From Octopus sinensis (taxonomy: Eukaryota), in assembly GCF_006345805.1 (NCBI RefSeq), contig NC_043011.1:29896464-29960463 (forward strand): a DNA stretch of 64,000 nucleotides. The letters are read 5' to 3'. Both the position numbers and the translations under genes were made by a program. Shown here in pieces: positions 36,771 to 49,406 of this stretch (position 1 is its first letter; each line of letters starts with the position of its first letter). The notes under the pieces were generated by a model that was not told the DNA's origin, did not search any database, and worked only from the letters and a program-made list of their open reading frames with translations.

Positions 36771-37347
36771 CAATATTTTTGTTAAGTGTGTAAATGTGTA
36801 TATATGCTACACTTCTGATTCTTTTGAATTTTTGAGTGAGGGGAATCAATTGTATCTCCATCTTCACACTGCAGACCATATAACTACTTATCAGTTTCCA
36901 ATCAGTTCCTACTTAGTTTTGGGCCTCCTTCAGATTCTCTTCCCTACACCTCACCTTCCACCTCTACCTCTCTCTGCTCTGCTCTGCTTTAACATGAAGA
37001 ACAAAAGAATAAATATTTATTTATTCCACCTGCTAGGGAAATAAATAGGCATTTTGTGACTGGAAATATCTTTTAAATGGCTGATCAACTTTATTGATCT
37101 ATCCTTATATGATCTGGAAGCTATTCATGAGATCTAAGTGAATGGAGAGACGCAGAGTTAAGTGCTCTGCACAGAATTATCATGAAATGTTTGCAGCTAG
37201 CAAGAATTCCCAATATCTTATCCACTTACTCATTATGTTCTATACATTCACAGATGCTTGCATGTGGAGACATATACTTACATAGTCACACATACATACA
37301 GTCATTCATACACACACACACATATACATATACATATATATATATTC

Positions 37348-37414
<67 letters not shown>

Positions 37415-37429
37415 CATAAATATATATAT

Positions 37430-37480
<51 letters not shown>

Positions 37481-38099
37481 TATATATATATATATATATA
37501 TTGTGGGAAACGAACATAAATATGCTGAATATACCCTTGTTAGAAGAATGTAGAGACTGATATATATGATCGATATATTTTGGGTAAACAAAATTGCATA
37601 TTCTAACCTAAGCATTTTTGTGTGCAACCAGGCTTAGGGCTTTTCACTCCTTTAATCAGGAGATTGGGCTGAACTTGAATATATAATTCTGTTTAACTAA
37701 CCTGCAGAAAACACACACACTTACATGCATAAATATATATCATCGTCATTATCATCATCGTTTCAACATCTACATTTCCATGCTTAGATGTGGTCAGGCA
37801 AGTGTATGTTAGGACAGAGTTTTCAGCAACTGGATGCCTATCCTGCCACCAGCTCCCGCTTGTTTACAAGTAAGGCAATAATCTCTCAGCTTATCAAACA
37901 ACAGACTGGGCATGGAGAATTAGCAAAAGAAAAACAAAAACCAAAAATGACGCCACAAGTAACACCATTATTTATAACCAGTGAGTAAAAAACATGTGAC
38001 GTGAGGGAGATATGAATTCACTCATACAAACACACATGCAAATACACATACATATATAAACATACATACATACATATATGTATATATGCATATTATATT

Positions 38100-38141
<42 letters not shown>

Positions 38142-38282
38142 TACATATATATACATACATACAAACATATACATGTATATATATATATATTATATATATA
38201 TATATATACATATACATCTATATATATATATACATATACATATATATATATATATATAATATATATATATACATATACATAT

Positions 38283-38343
<61 letters not shown>

Positions 38344-38689
38344 TACATATATGTATGTATATATGTTGTTGATGTTTTTTTTATGTTCTGATGATGGCTT
38401 AACTGGGCTGGAATTTCAAAGTCACTGTCAACAATATACTCATTTAAGAATTATATAAATGTGTGTGTATATCCAATTACTTGGATAACGAATACATAAA
38501 TACTAATGTTGAAGCAAGTCTGGACAAAGCCAAAGTCAAACTGTCCTAACTGACGAAGCAAAGGAAAATGCTGAAACTGGTGTGTCAGTATTAAGAATTC
38601 TTGATCAGCACTTTTCAGACGATTATGGTCTCTGTTAATGTATATGTTTTCATTCATGTGCATTAACTGCAGCATTAGAACAGTTTAGT

Positions 38690-39167
38690 TCAACCAATGA
38701 CAGCATCACCTGACTGGCACCCATGCCAGTGGAACGTGAAAAGCATCATCCAAGTGTGATCGTTGCCAGGGTCGCTGACTGGCTCCTGTGCCAGTGGCAC
38801 ATAAAAAGCACCATTTGAGCGTGATCATTACCAGCATCGCCTTACTGGCACTTGTGCTGGTGGCTCATGAAAAACAACATTCGAGTGAGGTTGTTGCCAG
38901 TGCTGTTGGACTGGCTCCTGTGCAGGTGGCACATAAAAAACACCATTTCAGCATGGCCATCGCCAGTACCGCCTGAGTGGATCTCGTGCCAGTGACATGT
39001 AAAAGAACCCACAACCCTCTCAGAGTGGTTGGCATTAGGAAGGGCATCCAGCTGTTAGAAACTCTGCCAGATCAGATTGGAGCCTGGTGCAGCCTCTGGC
39101 TCGCCAGTCCTCAGTCAAACTGTCCAACCCATGCTAGCATGGAAGGAAGAGGACGTTAAACAATGAT
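38690..39167 (+). mobile_element. RTE-type 3'UTR element with five tandem units
   Basis: Repeated gtggcacataaaaagcaccat units, then gttggcattaggaagggcatccagctg. Confidence 0.85.
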
Positions 39168-39204
39168 AATATATATATATGTATACATGTATGTATATAT
39201 ATAT

Positions 39205-39238
<34 letters not shown>

Positions 39239-39239
39239 C

Positions 39240-39679
39240 GCGAGAAAGAAGCAACAAGAATGGATAGGTTTTAGTACGATCGTTTCATACAAGGACAGGT
39301 TTTATTAAAGTTGCAAAGATTACAGCATATAAACGAGTCCGTACTCATCAGCTAAAATACATGTGAGTTCTCTAGACATCCTAGTGTTTGAGCTATACTC
39401 ATGAAGTAATGTAGATAAATAAGTAACATAAACAGATTTCTAAGTTCATTAAATGAACTTTAATGAACTTTAGAAATCTGTTTATGTTACTTATTTATCT
39501 ACATTACTTCATGAGTATAGCCTCAAACACTAGGATGTCTAGAGAGACTCACATGTATTTTAGATGATGAGTACGGGACTCGTTATATGCTGTAATCTTT
39601 GCAACTTTTAATAAAACCTGTCCTTGTATATGAAACGATCGTACTAAAAACCTATCCATTCTTGTTGCTTCTTTCTCGC
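39240..39679. mobile_element. Near-perfect 440-bp palindrome; inverted pseudo-LTR of a Penelope-like element
   Basis: ~215-bp arms, 5-bp spacer tgaac; arms begin at ttt aat gaa ctt tag (like a PLE ORF end, ..LNEL*); right arm continues as an unpaired tail to about 39795; (TA)n on both flanks. Confidence 0.85.
39269..39357 (-). ncRNA. Type I hammerhead ribozyme with an intact core
   Basis: uuuuag CUGAUGA guacggac [40 nt] guccuuguau GAAAC GAUC GUA cuaaaa; 6-bp stem I; palindromic helix III ACGAUCGU; GUA cleavage triplet. Confidence 0.85.
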
Positions 39680-39821
39680 TATAATCACCCCACATTACTG
39701 TATTGTTAAATCAGTATAGTTTTTTTTTGGTGCATCTAAGTTAGGTACCATATTCAGTAAATTCATTTAATTAACTTGAATCTTTATGCTCTTTGTATAT
39801 ATATATATATATAATATATAT

Positions 39822-39861
<40 letters not shown>

Positions 39862-40107
39862 AAAGTATAAAGTTAATGTCCAGTCAAAAAGTGACCAATG
39901 GTTTTGCATCCACAAAGGCCTTAACCTTGTGGACATCTTGCCAGACACTAAAGCTAAAGACCTTAATTACTTTTAATGCATTACTGCTCTATGCTTTAGA
40001 GCACGTTTCTTTTGGGGATGTATGATACATTGGCAATATATATATATACTGCATTTACTTGGCATTGTTTTGGCCTTACCCATGATCTTTTATACAATAT
40101 ATATATA

Positions 40108-40463
40108 CGAGCAAAACGCCCCCCGTCCAATGGACGGTGCTGAGTTGTCAAACATTTAAACCAAATTTTCTCAAAACATCTTGTCCGAACGTCCCTTTGA
40201 GAAACGTTGATTTAACCTAAATTTGAGACACCAGCAAAAGAAGAAATAAAGATAGACTTTTTTTCTATTCCAAAGAAAAACGATTTCCCACGGCTTTATC
40301 GATCGCATTCTCACCTGGAATCGACTTTTGTAATTTTTTCAAGACTTATACACGCCCTGATACCGTCGGTATCTACATATCAAATTTGAGTGCAATCGGA
40401 TGCCCGAGATCCTAGAAGACACACACACACATACACACACACAGACTGAACGGATTTTATATA

Positions 40464-40466
<3 letters not shown>
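40108..40466 (-). mobile_element. Non-autonomous Helitron, third family
   Basis: Minus strand A|TCTTATATAAAA...hairpin ccgtcc att ggacgg...CTCG|T (variant of the CTRR end). Confidence 0.65.
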
Positions 40467-40497
<31 letters not shown>

Positions 40498-40499
<2 letters not shown>

Positions 40500-40890
40500 T
40501 TTTACTCTTTTATTCTTTTACTTATTTCAGTCATTTGACTGTGTCCATCCTGGGACACCACGTTTAGTTGAACAAATCGGCCTTATTCTTTGTAAGCCTA
40601 GTACTTATTCTATCTGTCTCTTTTGCCAAACTGCTAAGTTACAGGGACATAAACACAGCAACATCAGTTGTCAAGTGATGGTGGGGGGGGGGACAAACAC
40701 AGACATACACACACACACACACACACACGACGGGCTTCTTTCAGTTTCGGAATACCAAATCCACTCACAAGACTTTGGTTGGCCTGAGGCTATAGTAGAA
40801 GACACTTGCCCAAGGTGCCATGCAGTGGGACTGAACCTGGTACCATGTGGTTGGGAAGCAAGCTACTTACGACACAGCCACGCCTGCACC
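40498..40890 (-). mobile_element. SINE family A
   Basis: Reverse-complement full-length match. Confidence 0.9.
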
Positions 40891-41339
40891 TATAAATATA
40901 TATAATATACTTAAAAGCACCCTGTCCACACTGTTAAGTGTTTGGTGTTCAGAAGGGCATCCAGCAGTAAAAACCTTGCCAAAACTGATCTCACCTGTGA
41001 TTGTGCCACATAAAAAGCACTAAGTCCATTCTGCTGAGTGGTTGGTGTTAGAAAGGGCATTCAACTGTAAAAATCCTGCTTGGCCAGCTCTTCTGAAACT
41101 GTCCCACCAATGGAAGGCAAATGTTAAACAATGAATGATGATAATATATATCATAGTTCATCCAGAATCATGTCACACCTCTAGGTACTTGCTTTTCTCG
41201 TTTCGCAATGAATAATGAAATTCATTTATTTATTTATTTATTTTAGCTATTTATTATTGATTTCATGGATGTCAGATATTGTGTTCTCCATTATTTTTTT
41301 AAAATTTTTTGTGTGATAATGTCAAAAGTTCTTTTATTA

Positions 41340-41760
41340 ACTGCAAAATCGTGATAAGCAATTCTTTGAACAGTTTTTTCCATCAGCTACGGACGGCTAT
41401 TTGTTCCTTTACAAAATTTGTACTGCCTTTAGATCTAATGAGTATTGATCCTGCTAAAGTAGGATCATAGTTTACTATAGTCACTTCATCATGTAACGCG
41501 TATCAGTCAGTCTGGCCAGTTACCAATTGTTCATCTTTCCATGCGCCTCTTTCTTTATCCCTTCAAAATTCTTGTGAATTTAGTAGGCACAAAAATACTC
41601 TCTCTTTCTGTCCATCAGCTGCTTGAGTTGGCTGTCATTTATGTCAAACCAGTCTTGATAGTTTCTTACTGTAAAACCTAAGAAAGGTCTTCAGATCAGA
41701 CAAGCTTCAGAGATGCCTACTTGTTGAGCACAGCACATGTTTAAACGGTACCAAAATGTT
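41340..41760 (-). mobile_element. RTE/BovB-like LINE internal fragment
   Basis: LGFTVRNYQDWFDINDSQLKQLMDRKRE and PTLAGSILIRSKG..WKKLFKELL match the RTE EN-RT linker (QDWFDEND; RW.EHF..LL); several stops. Confidence 0.7.
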
Positions 41761-42257
41761 GTAGACTGATGAAAGATGATGTATCAAACAAAAATACCCA
41801 GTGATATTTAATCTACTGTGTTACAAGCCTTATTGGACCTAGCAATTTGATAATAAAAATCAATAAAATAAATAGCTGAAAATGTGCCTGGGACAAGAAA
41901 GAGGTCGATAAAATCAGCTAAAACCCTTGAAGACAGAGCCTAGCATAACTGCTGTCTAAATGAATACAAATTTCTTTAAAATATCGATACACATAAAGTA
42001 AATCAGATCAAGCAGATTTGCATTATCGAATGATATTAGTAGAATATAGCAATAACTCAATATTGTTCTTTGGTCTCATGTTTTTATTCCGATTTCTTTT
42101 CATTTCCCACCATTACAGATATCAGTCAGACATGAAAAACTTACTCCGTGTCAAAATTAATGTTGGATGTAAAGATATATATATAATATATATATATATG
42201 TGTGTGCATGTGTGCGTGTGTATATATATATGCATACATATAGATATAAGTGTGTGC

Positions 42258-42310
<53 letters not shown>

Positions 42311-42378
42311 CATATATATATATATACATATATACATACATACATACTTGCATATATATACATACATACATATATATA

Positions 42379-42429
<51 letters not shown>

Positions 42430-42458
42430 GTATATATATATATATAATATATATATAT

Positions 42459-42504
<46 letters not shown>

Positions 42505-43156
42505 AAGAGAAGGTAAGACATGCTAAGAAAACAGACTTTAAATAGGTTTGATTGAGTAAGACAGCAAACCAGAACATTTCCTCGATCCATTAATTTAGTC
42601 GGAATGAAGTAAATATTTAAATATTTTCAAGTATGGAAGCAGTTCTGATAGGAAGCCAAGTCCAATAAATCTCGTTCCTTTCATATTAATTTCTTATAGG
42701 AAATATTATAATATTTATTTTGATCTCTTTCTCTTCTTAGTAATTTCTGGGAAACGAAAAACGAAGAGGAAAAAATAAGCAAAACTAAGAGAAAAAAAAA
42801 GAAGAATAAAAGAAAAAAAAGGGTAACAGAAGAAACTGTAAACAATAACATTAAAGTGATGGAGAGAAAGAGAGAGAAAGGGACAAACAGACAGACAGAC
42901 AGTCAGACAGACAGATAGAGCAAAGGTTAAAGAGGGTGGGGAAAGTAGTAAGAAAATTCTAAAAGTTACCATAATCATCACTACTACCATAACAGATGCC
43001 ATGCTCCTTGCAGACCATGTACAGCCTCAGATTCCCTACTACCATCTATCTCCAAAGTTGTGGTCTACATCAAAACAACTAATTTTACTACTCATTCACC
43101 ACCACCAGTACTCCTTAGTAAACACACAAAAAAAGTCCCTTTCTTGCATTAGGAGT

Positions 43157-43329
43157 GGCGCAGGAGCGGCTGTGTGGTAAGTAGCTTGCTTACCAACTAC
43201 ATGGTTCCGGGTTCAGTCCCACTGTGTGGCACCTTAGGCAAGTGTCTTCTACTATAGCTTCAGGCCAACCAAAGCCTTGTGAGTGGATTTGGTAGGTGGA
43301 AACTGAAAGAAGCCCGTCGTATATGTGTG

Positions 43330-43367
<38 letters not shown>

Positions 43368-43575
43368 TGTGTCTGTATTTGTTCCCCCAACATCACTTGA
43401 CAACCGATGTTGGTGTGTTTACATCCCCGTAACTTAGCAGTTCAGCTAAAGAGACCGATAGAATAAGTACTAGGCTTACAAAGAATAAGTCCTGGGGTCG
43501 ATATGCTCGACTAAAGGTGGTGCTCCAGCATGGCTGCAGTCAAATGACTGAAACAAGTAAAGGAGTAAAGGAGTA
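43157..43575 (+). mobile_element. SINE family A (full length)
   Basis: Complete head-to-tail match. Confidence 0.9.
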
Positions 43576-43871
43576 TTAAATAATTACAAGCTGATGTGCT
43601 ACGGCTGTTGTGTTCTTATACTTTGGGGTCTTTATGGTCTGTGTTCAAATCCTGCTGAGGTCAACTTTGAATTTCATCTTTCAGAAAGCTTATTCATTCA
43701 TTCATTTACTTATTTTACATCTGTTTTTCTATGCTAGCATGATTTAGATGAATACTTATTACTGAGTTACTGTTTCACAGCTGGATCACCTATCTTTCAA
43801 GTAAGCACCTTTTTTTTTTAATCTCATAGGTCTTTGCAAGTACAGCTGCTGACATCTCATGGCAAAATTGT

Positions 43872-43990
43872 GTTGGCCTGCTCGCTTAGCCAGTGGGGTG
43901 GCGTCATTTGAAGGCTAAAACAATGCGAAACACGTTGTGACCAGCGATGTGTAGCCACATCTTATAGCCTGGTCGGTCATGGTGATCATG
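43872..43990. repeat. ~120-bp structured repeat, copy 2
   Basis: Reverse complement of 8808-8927. Confidence 0.8.
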
Positions 43991-43991
43991 A

Positions 43992-44146
<155 letters not shown>

Positions 44147-44148
44147 TA

Positions 44149-44977
44149 CAGAGTGGGTGGAAAGTAATTAGGCATTAGAAATTGGTTATAGAATTTTCAG
44201 TATCACTGAAGTCATGACAAAATCATTTTTTAAATAGGCAATACTAATGGGAATTTTTTCCCCAGATGGCCGGCTGCTTGACTGTTCAGGAGTGAGCTAT
44301 GATAGCAGCAAGCTATAAAGTGTGAAATTCCATTGTTTTGTTCTGAGATGGTGGCGTGCATGGAAAGATAAGCATGCAACATTATATCTGGAGACAATAA
44401 AAAGTTGTCATGCAAAAATGATGACCACAGGCTTAGTGAACGATGCAAGAAGAAGTGGCCATCCAACCACATCTCAATCAGCCAGCCCACAAAAATCAAC
44501 ACATCAAGCAGCTAGTGAAAGTGGACAGACAGTATGTATGGTGTTGCATTAAGAATTGAATTTTTGTGCATGGAAATCCCATTATGAGAAGGAGCTAAAA
44601 CTTGAAGACTGTGACTGCAGAAGTTCAGATGTCCAGAACTCTAAGAACTCCAGATCTCACTCCATGTGATTTTTACCTATGGGGTTACACAAAAGAGGTG
44701 TAAAAGACAAAACCTTTTACATAGGTGGAATTGGAAACACAGATTCAGGAGGTTCTCAATGATATCCAAAACAACATTCTAGAAAAGTTTGTTCATTCCA
44801 TCCCTGGCCGTTTGAGAAAACTTGTTGATACCACCATCGCTTACGTTGAGATATGAAGATTTCCTTTCATTTTCCCATGCAATAAAGAACATTTATCATT
44901 TGTTTTCGATAAATTTGTAAAAGGAATATGTATTTTATTACCACTTTTTAATGCCTGCTTATTTTTCATCCACTCTG
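44149..44977 (+). mobile_element. Internally deleted Tc1/mariner (DD41D/rosa-like) with both TIRs
   Basis: TA|CAGAGTGGGTGGAAAGTAA..GGCATTA / TAATGCC..TTATTTTTCATCCACTCTG|TA; HTH remnant TGLVNDARRSGHPTTS and PDLTPCDFYLWGY. Confidence 0.85.
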
Positions 44978-45045
44978 TAGTTTAAAGATCCAATAGAGGT
45001 AAACTAAACAAAACAAGTATTCCATCCAGTGAGAAACAAATATCT

Positions 45046-45247
45046 ATTTAAGTACACAACTGAAAGAGCTACCAATAGTTTCATGCTTTTACAATACTTT
45101 CAGGCTCTGTTCATGCATTTTATATACAATGCATAAACAGAGCCTGAAAGATTGCTTTAAGGTACATGGCTTATGTTATAGATATGCCTGCTCAAGTATC
45201 ATAAAAGTGTGAAACTATTAGTAGTTTTTCCAGTCGTGTATTTAAAT
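45046..45247. mobile_element. Palindromic MITE
   Basis: ~45-bp imperfect TIRs plus an inner hairpin ctttcaggctctgtt..aacagagcctgaaag (45097-45150). Confidence 0.7.
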
Positions 45248-45688
45248 TGGTATATATATATATAAGATTTTAGATCAGTTTAATTTTAAATTGAATTGAT
45301 TTTATTATTATTATCTATTTGAAAATATAGCCACGAAACGTGTGTAGTCTTTTTACTACTATTTACTGTTTATTGTTTTTGTACTTTATTGATTTTTAGA
45401 ATAAGGTTTTTATAGTATATGTTTTCTATATGGTGTGAATAACATCTTTCATTTTTAAATTGTTTGATAGAGGTTTTTTCTAAATTATATACATGCATAT
45501 ATTCATATATATATACATAAATACATACATACACAAACACACACACACATAAGAGGTCAACACAAAAGTACTCAGTTTCACAAGAGTCTATTAGCAATAG
45601 AATTCATATTTTCTGATATGTATCTGCTACCATTGGTTTCATGCACACATGCGTACGATCTTCAGGCAAATGACCTTTTATATATATA

Positions 45689-45739
<51 letters not shown>

Positions 45740-46673
45740 TATATCTGTCATTAAGCCTTCCAACACTTACTCTATAGTCATGATTTCAATTCCTAGCACT
45801 ACATACTTGGTATTTTGTCACCAAATGAAATTCAAAATTCACCAAGCTTTAAGATAGCCATTCAATCTGCTAGATATAGCAACTAAATCTCCTCTAAAAC
45901 ATAACCTACCTTCATATAAAAAGGAACATAACATTGGATAATATAGTCCCTGATACATAAAAAGATGGGATGACCATAGCTGGAATACCTGTAATTAAAG
46001 GCCTGCTTGATCTTGGTCTCAACACTAACAGCATACTTAATGCATTTTTTTTTTCCTAAATGGACAACAGGTTCCGTTCACTCTCATTACATCACAGTTG
46101 CTGTGTTGTTATTGTTTAATGCCAGATCATCTCTGACCTAGCCAATCTATGATCAATGGCATTCCAACCATGACAATCCTATCTTTTTTATTCACGCATA
46201 GGGTGTCAAAGACCATTACTATACAATGTCTGCTTTCAGCTTTAAGTTCATCACAGTACAAATTTAGGAATATTTGGCTTCTATTTTTAGCACATGAGAA
46301 TTCTCTGTGGAAAGGCTCTCTTATTAGCTCAACTTCATGGTTGAATGATCAGCAGTAGGAAGGTCATCCTAATTGATAATCAGATTACTCCACAAAAGCC
46401 ATCCTAATTATGCTGGCAGCAATAAATGGTTCTGAAAAGTTTTATGGCTCCTGCAATACTCCAAGAATCTCCATTTCATTGCTCACAACCACCCCATCAC
46501 CTATTGGTATTTAAATAACTTGGAACTTTTAGAGAAGTAATGGGTCTTTAGAATCTGAATTTAATGAAAGGTTTAAGGCAAATTAGGCAATGGAAATGCT
46601 TTCAAGTGTATAGAAATCATATAGACTGGTAATTCTTGCAAAACGGAAACTACATATATACATATACATATAC

Positions 46674-46706
<33 letters not shown>

Positions 46707-46961
46707 TGTATGTATGTATGTATGTATGTATGTATGTATGTATGTATGTATGTATTTATATATACTACAAGTAAGAAGTGTTTTAATATATGGAAGGGAG
46801 TCATGGCCTAACATTCAAAGTATAACTAATCATTTTAGAATTTATTGAAAATGAAGCATTATAAAGAATCTTGGAGATCAAATGGCATGATTTGGTGAGA
46901 AATGAAGAGATTTGAAACATAATGAAAATGGTGTGTGTGTGTGTGTACACACATTCATATC

Positions 46962-46999
<38 letters not shown>

Positions 47000-47902
47000 C
47001 CTGCCACCTTTACTTATTCCTTCTCTTTTCCCCACCACCTTTCCTCAATTTTCAATTTTAACTGAAGGATTTGCATCTGAAATATCATGACTCATTCCTG
47101 TCTTTTTAAACATTAATCTAATACATTAGCTTTAAAACTTGCCCTTCCCATATTCCCTTCTTTTTGTGTTCATTGTCAACCACAGATGGGGAAATAATGG
47201 CTTCTAATTTATGGGTGAGGCCAACAAATTTTAGGGGAAGCCTTTTGTGGATTATATCTTCTCCAATGCTTAACTGGTACTTTATTTTATAGATCTTAGG
47301 GGAATGAAAGCAAACTTGACTCATGAACAGTAGATGATAATGGTTGGGGCATATGCTTCAGCACTACACTGAAGAATGGTTAATATGTGAAGCTGTAAAA
47401 TAAGCAGCATAAAGTACTAGAAGAAGAATACTTAGGTTTAGTCAACTGGGAATAATACAGAGTGAAAGAAAAGATACTATGGAGTGTAGGCTGAAGCAGA
47501 AGCACAGAATAGACAAGGCTGGTGGGACACATGTAGGCCCTCACCGTCAAGTGAAAAGATAAATTTTCTTTCTTGAGTCATGCTGACAGGATGCCGGTCC
47601 ATCTCAGGATTACAAATTTTTGCCAGCTGAGTGGACTGGAGTGATGTGAAATGAAGTGTTTTGCTCAAGAACACAATGCGTTGCCCAGTCCAGGAAATGA
47701 AACCAAAATATTACAATCATGAGTCCAACACCCTAACCACAAAGCCATGCACCTCCATACTGTCAAGTGTATTGAGGGATGTAACAGTCATAGTAACAAG
47801 TATCCTGTTTCTTCCTCTGCACTGTATCATAATACTCTGCTCGTTGACTTACTATTTATATCCTCTTTCTGTTACTGTTTTATTCTGTTACCCACACCTT
47901 CA

Positions 47903-48090
47903 TGCTGGTGGTAAAAAAATGCACTCAGTACATGATGTGGAGTGGTTGGAATTAGGAAGGGTATCCAGCCATAGAAACCATGGCAAAGCAGACACATGGA
48001 ACATGATGTAGTCCTTGGTCCCGTTGGACCTTGTCATACCATCCAATATCCAACTCATGCCAGCGTGGAGTATGAACATTAAATGATGAT
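47903..48090 (+). mobile_element. RTE-type 3' tail element
   Basis: gagtggttggaattaggaagggtatccagcc...aacattaaatgatgat. Confidence 0.7.
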
Positions 48091-48488
48091 ACTCTTTTAC
48101 TCTTTTACTTGTTTCAGTCATTTGACTGTGGCCATGCTGGAGCACCACCTTTAGTCGAGCAAATCGCTCCCAGGACTTATTCTTTGTAAGCCTAGTACTT
48201 ATTCTATCGGTCCCTTTTGCTGAACCACTAAGTCACGGGGACATAAACACGTCAGCATTGGTTGTCAAGCGATGTTGGGGGGACAAACAAAGACACACAA
48301 ACATATAAACACACATACATATATACGATGGGCTTCTTTCAGTTTCTGTCTACCAAATCCACTCACAACGCTGGTGGTAAAAAAGGCTATAGTAGAAGAC
48401 ACTTACCTAAGATGCCACACAGTGGGACTGAATGTGGAACTATGTGGTTGGTAAGCAAGCTACTTACCACACAGCCACTCCTGCACCT
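48091..48488 (-). mobile_element. SINE family A
   Basis: Reverse-complement full-length match. Confidence 0.9.
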
Positions 48489-48779
48489 ATAAAGATGGCA
48501 ATAACGATATCATATTGCTTTCAAATTTTGACACAAGGCTCTCAATTTCAAGGGAGGGGTTAAGTTGATTACATTGACCCTGCCCCAGTACTTGAACTTG
48601 AACTTTTAAGTATGACATGCAAAATCTATCTCAGTGGAATTTGAATTCAGAATGGGAAGATGGATGAAATGCTGCTAAGCGTTTTGTCCATCATGATATG
48701 AATTCTGCCAGCACACCACTTTCAATAATGATACCATATTATCTAGACCATGTGAAGACACATGGCTCAGTGGTTAGAG

Positions 48780-48925
48780 CAGCGTTTCTCAACTGGGTTT
48801 CCCTCGAACCCCAGGGTTTCGCAAAAGGTTCCTAGGAGTTCCACAAGAAAGAGTGCGATAAGCTAATGCTAATTTCATGATTGTAATATTACTATACATG
48901 CACAACATATCATTGTGATGTGTGA

Positions 48926-48970
<45 letters not shown>

Positions 48971-49219
48971 AAAATAAATATATGTGTGTGTCTGTGTATA
49001 GTTATATATGTATATGTGTATATAATATATATATATATGTATAGGGAGAGTTTACAAAAAAAGCAAAAGACAAAGACAGGTGGTGTACAAAACAAACAGA
49101 TGTCTTAGTATAATGCTCAGGAATAGAAAAAGTCTTTTACGTTTCAAGCCTACGCTCTTCTACAGAAAGAGACAGAAAAAACAAGGAGAGAAAAAAATGT
49201 GTGTAGTAGCTAACGATCT

Positions 49220-49263
<44 letters not shown>

Positions 49264-49406
49264 TGTATATATATGATATTTAACATGTGAACTACAATGA
49301 AAAAATATGAAAGATATGATATATTATTTTGGGGATGCAGGGGTTCCTTGAGACATGTAATTTATTTTAAGGCTTATGCAAGGGTAAAAAAGGTTAAGAA
49401 ACACTA
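48780..49406. mobile_element. hAT (Charlie-like) non-autonomous element inserted in a SINE D head
   Basis: TIR CAGCGTTTCTCAAC / GTTAAGAAACACTA; 8-bp TSD ggttagag / gatcagag; removing it restores the SINE head ggctcagtggttagagtgttgggctc. Confidence 0.8.
49133..49170 (-). ncRNA. Minimal hammerhead-like motif with U at core position 6
   Basis: ucuuu CUGUAGA a gagc guag gcuu GAAAC GUA aaaga; stems I and II pair; lies within PLE-type tail 49068-49222. Confidence 0.55.

Noticed and set aside
38545-38592. Hammerhead-like CTGACGA agca..tgct GAAAC tggtgt GTC
   Set aside because: Core and stem II are present, but stem I cannot pair (ctaa versus agta); not counted without a family consensus
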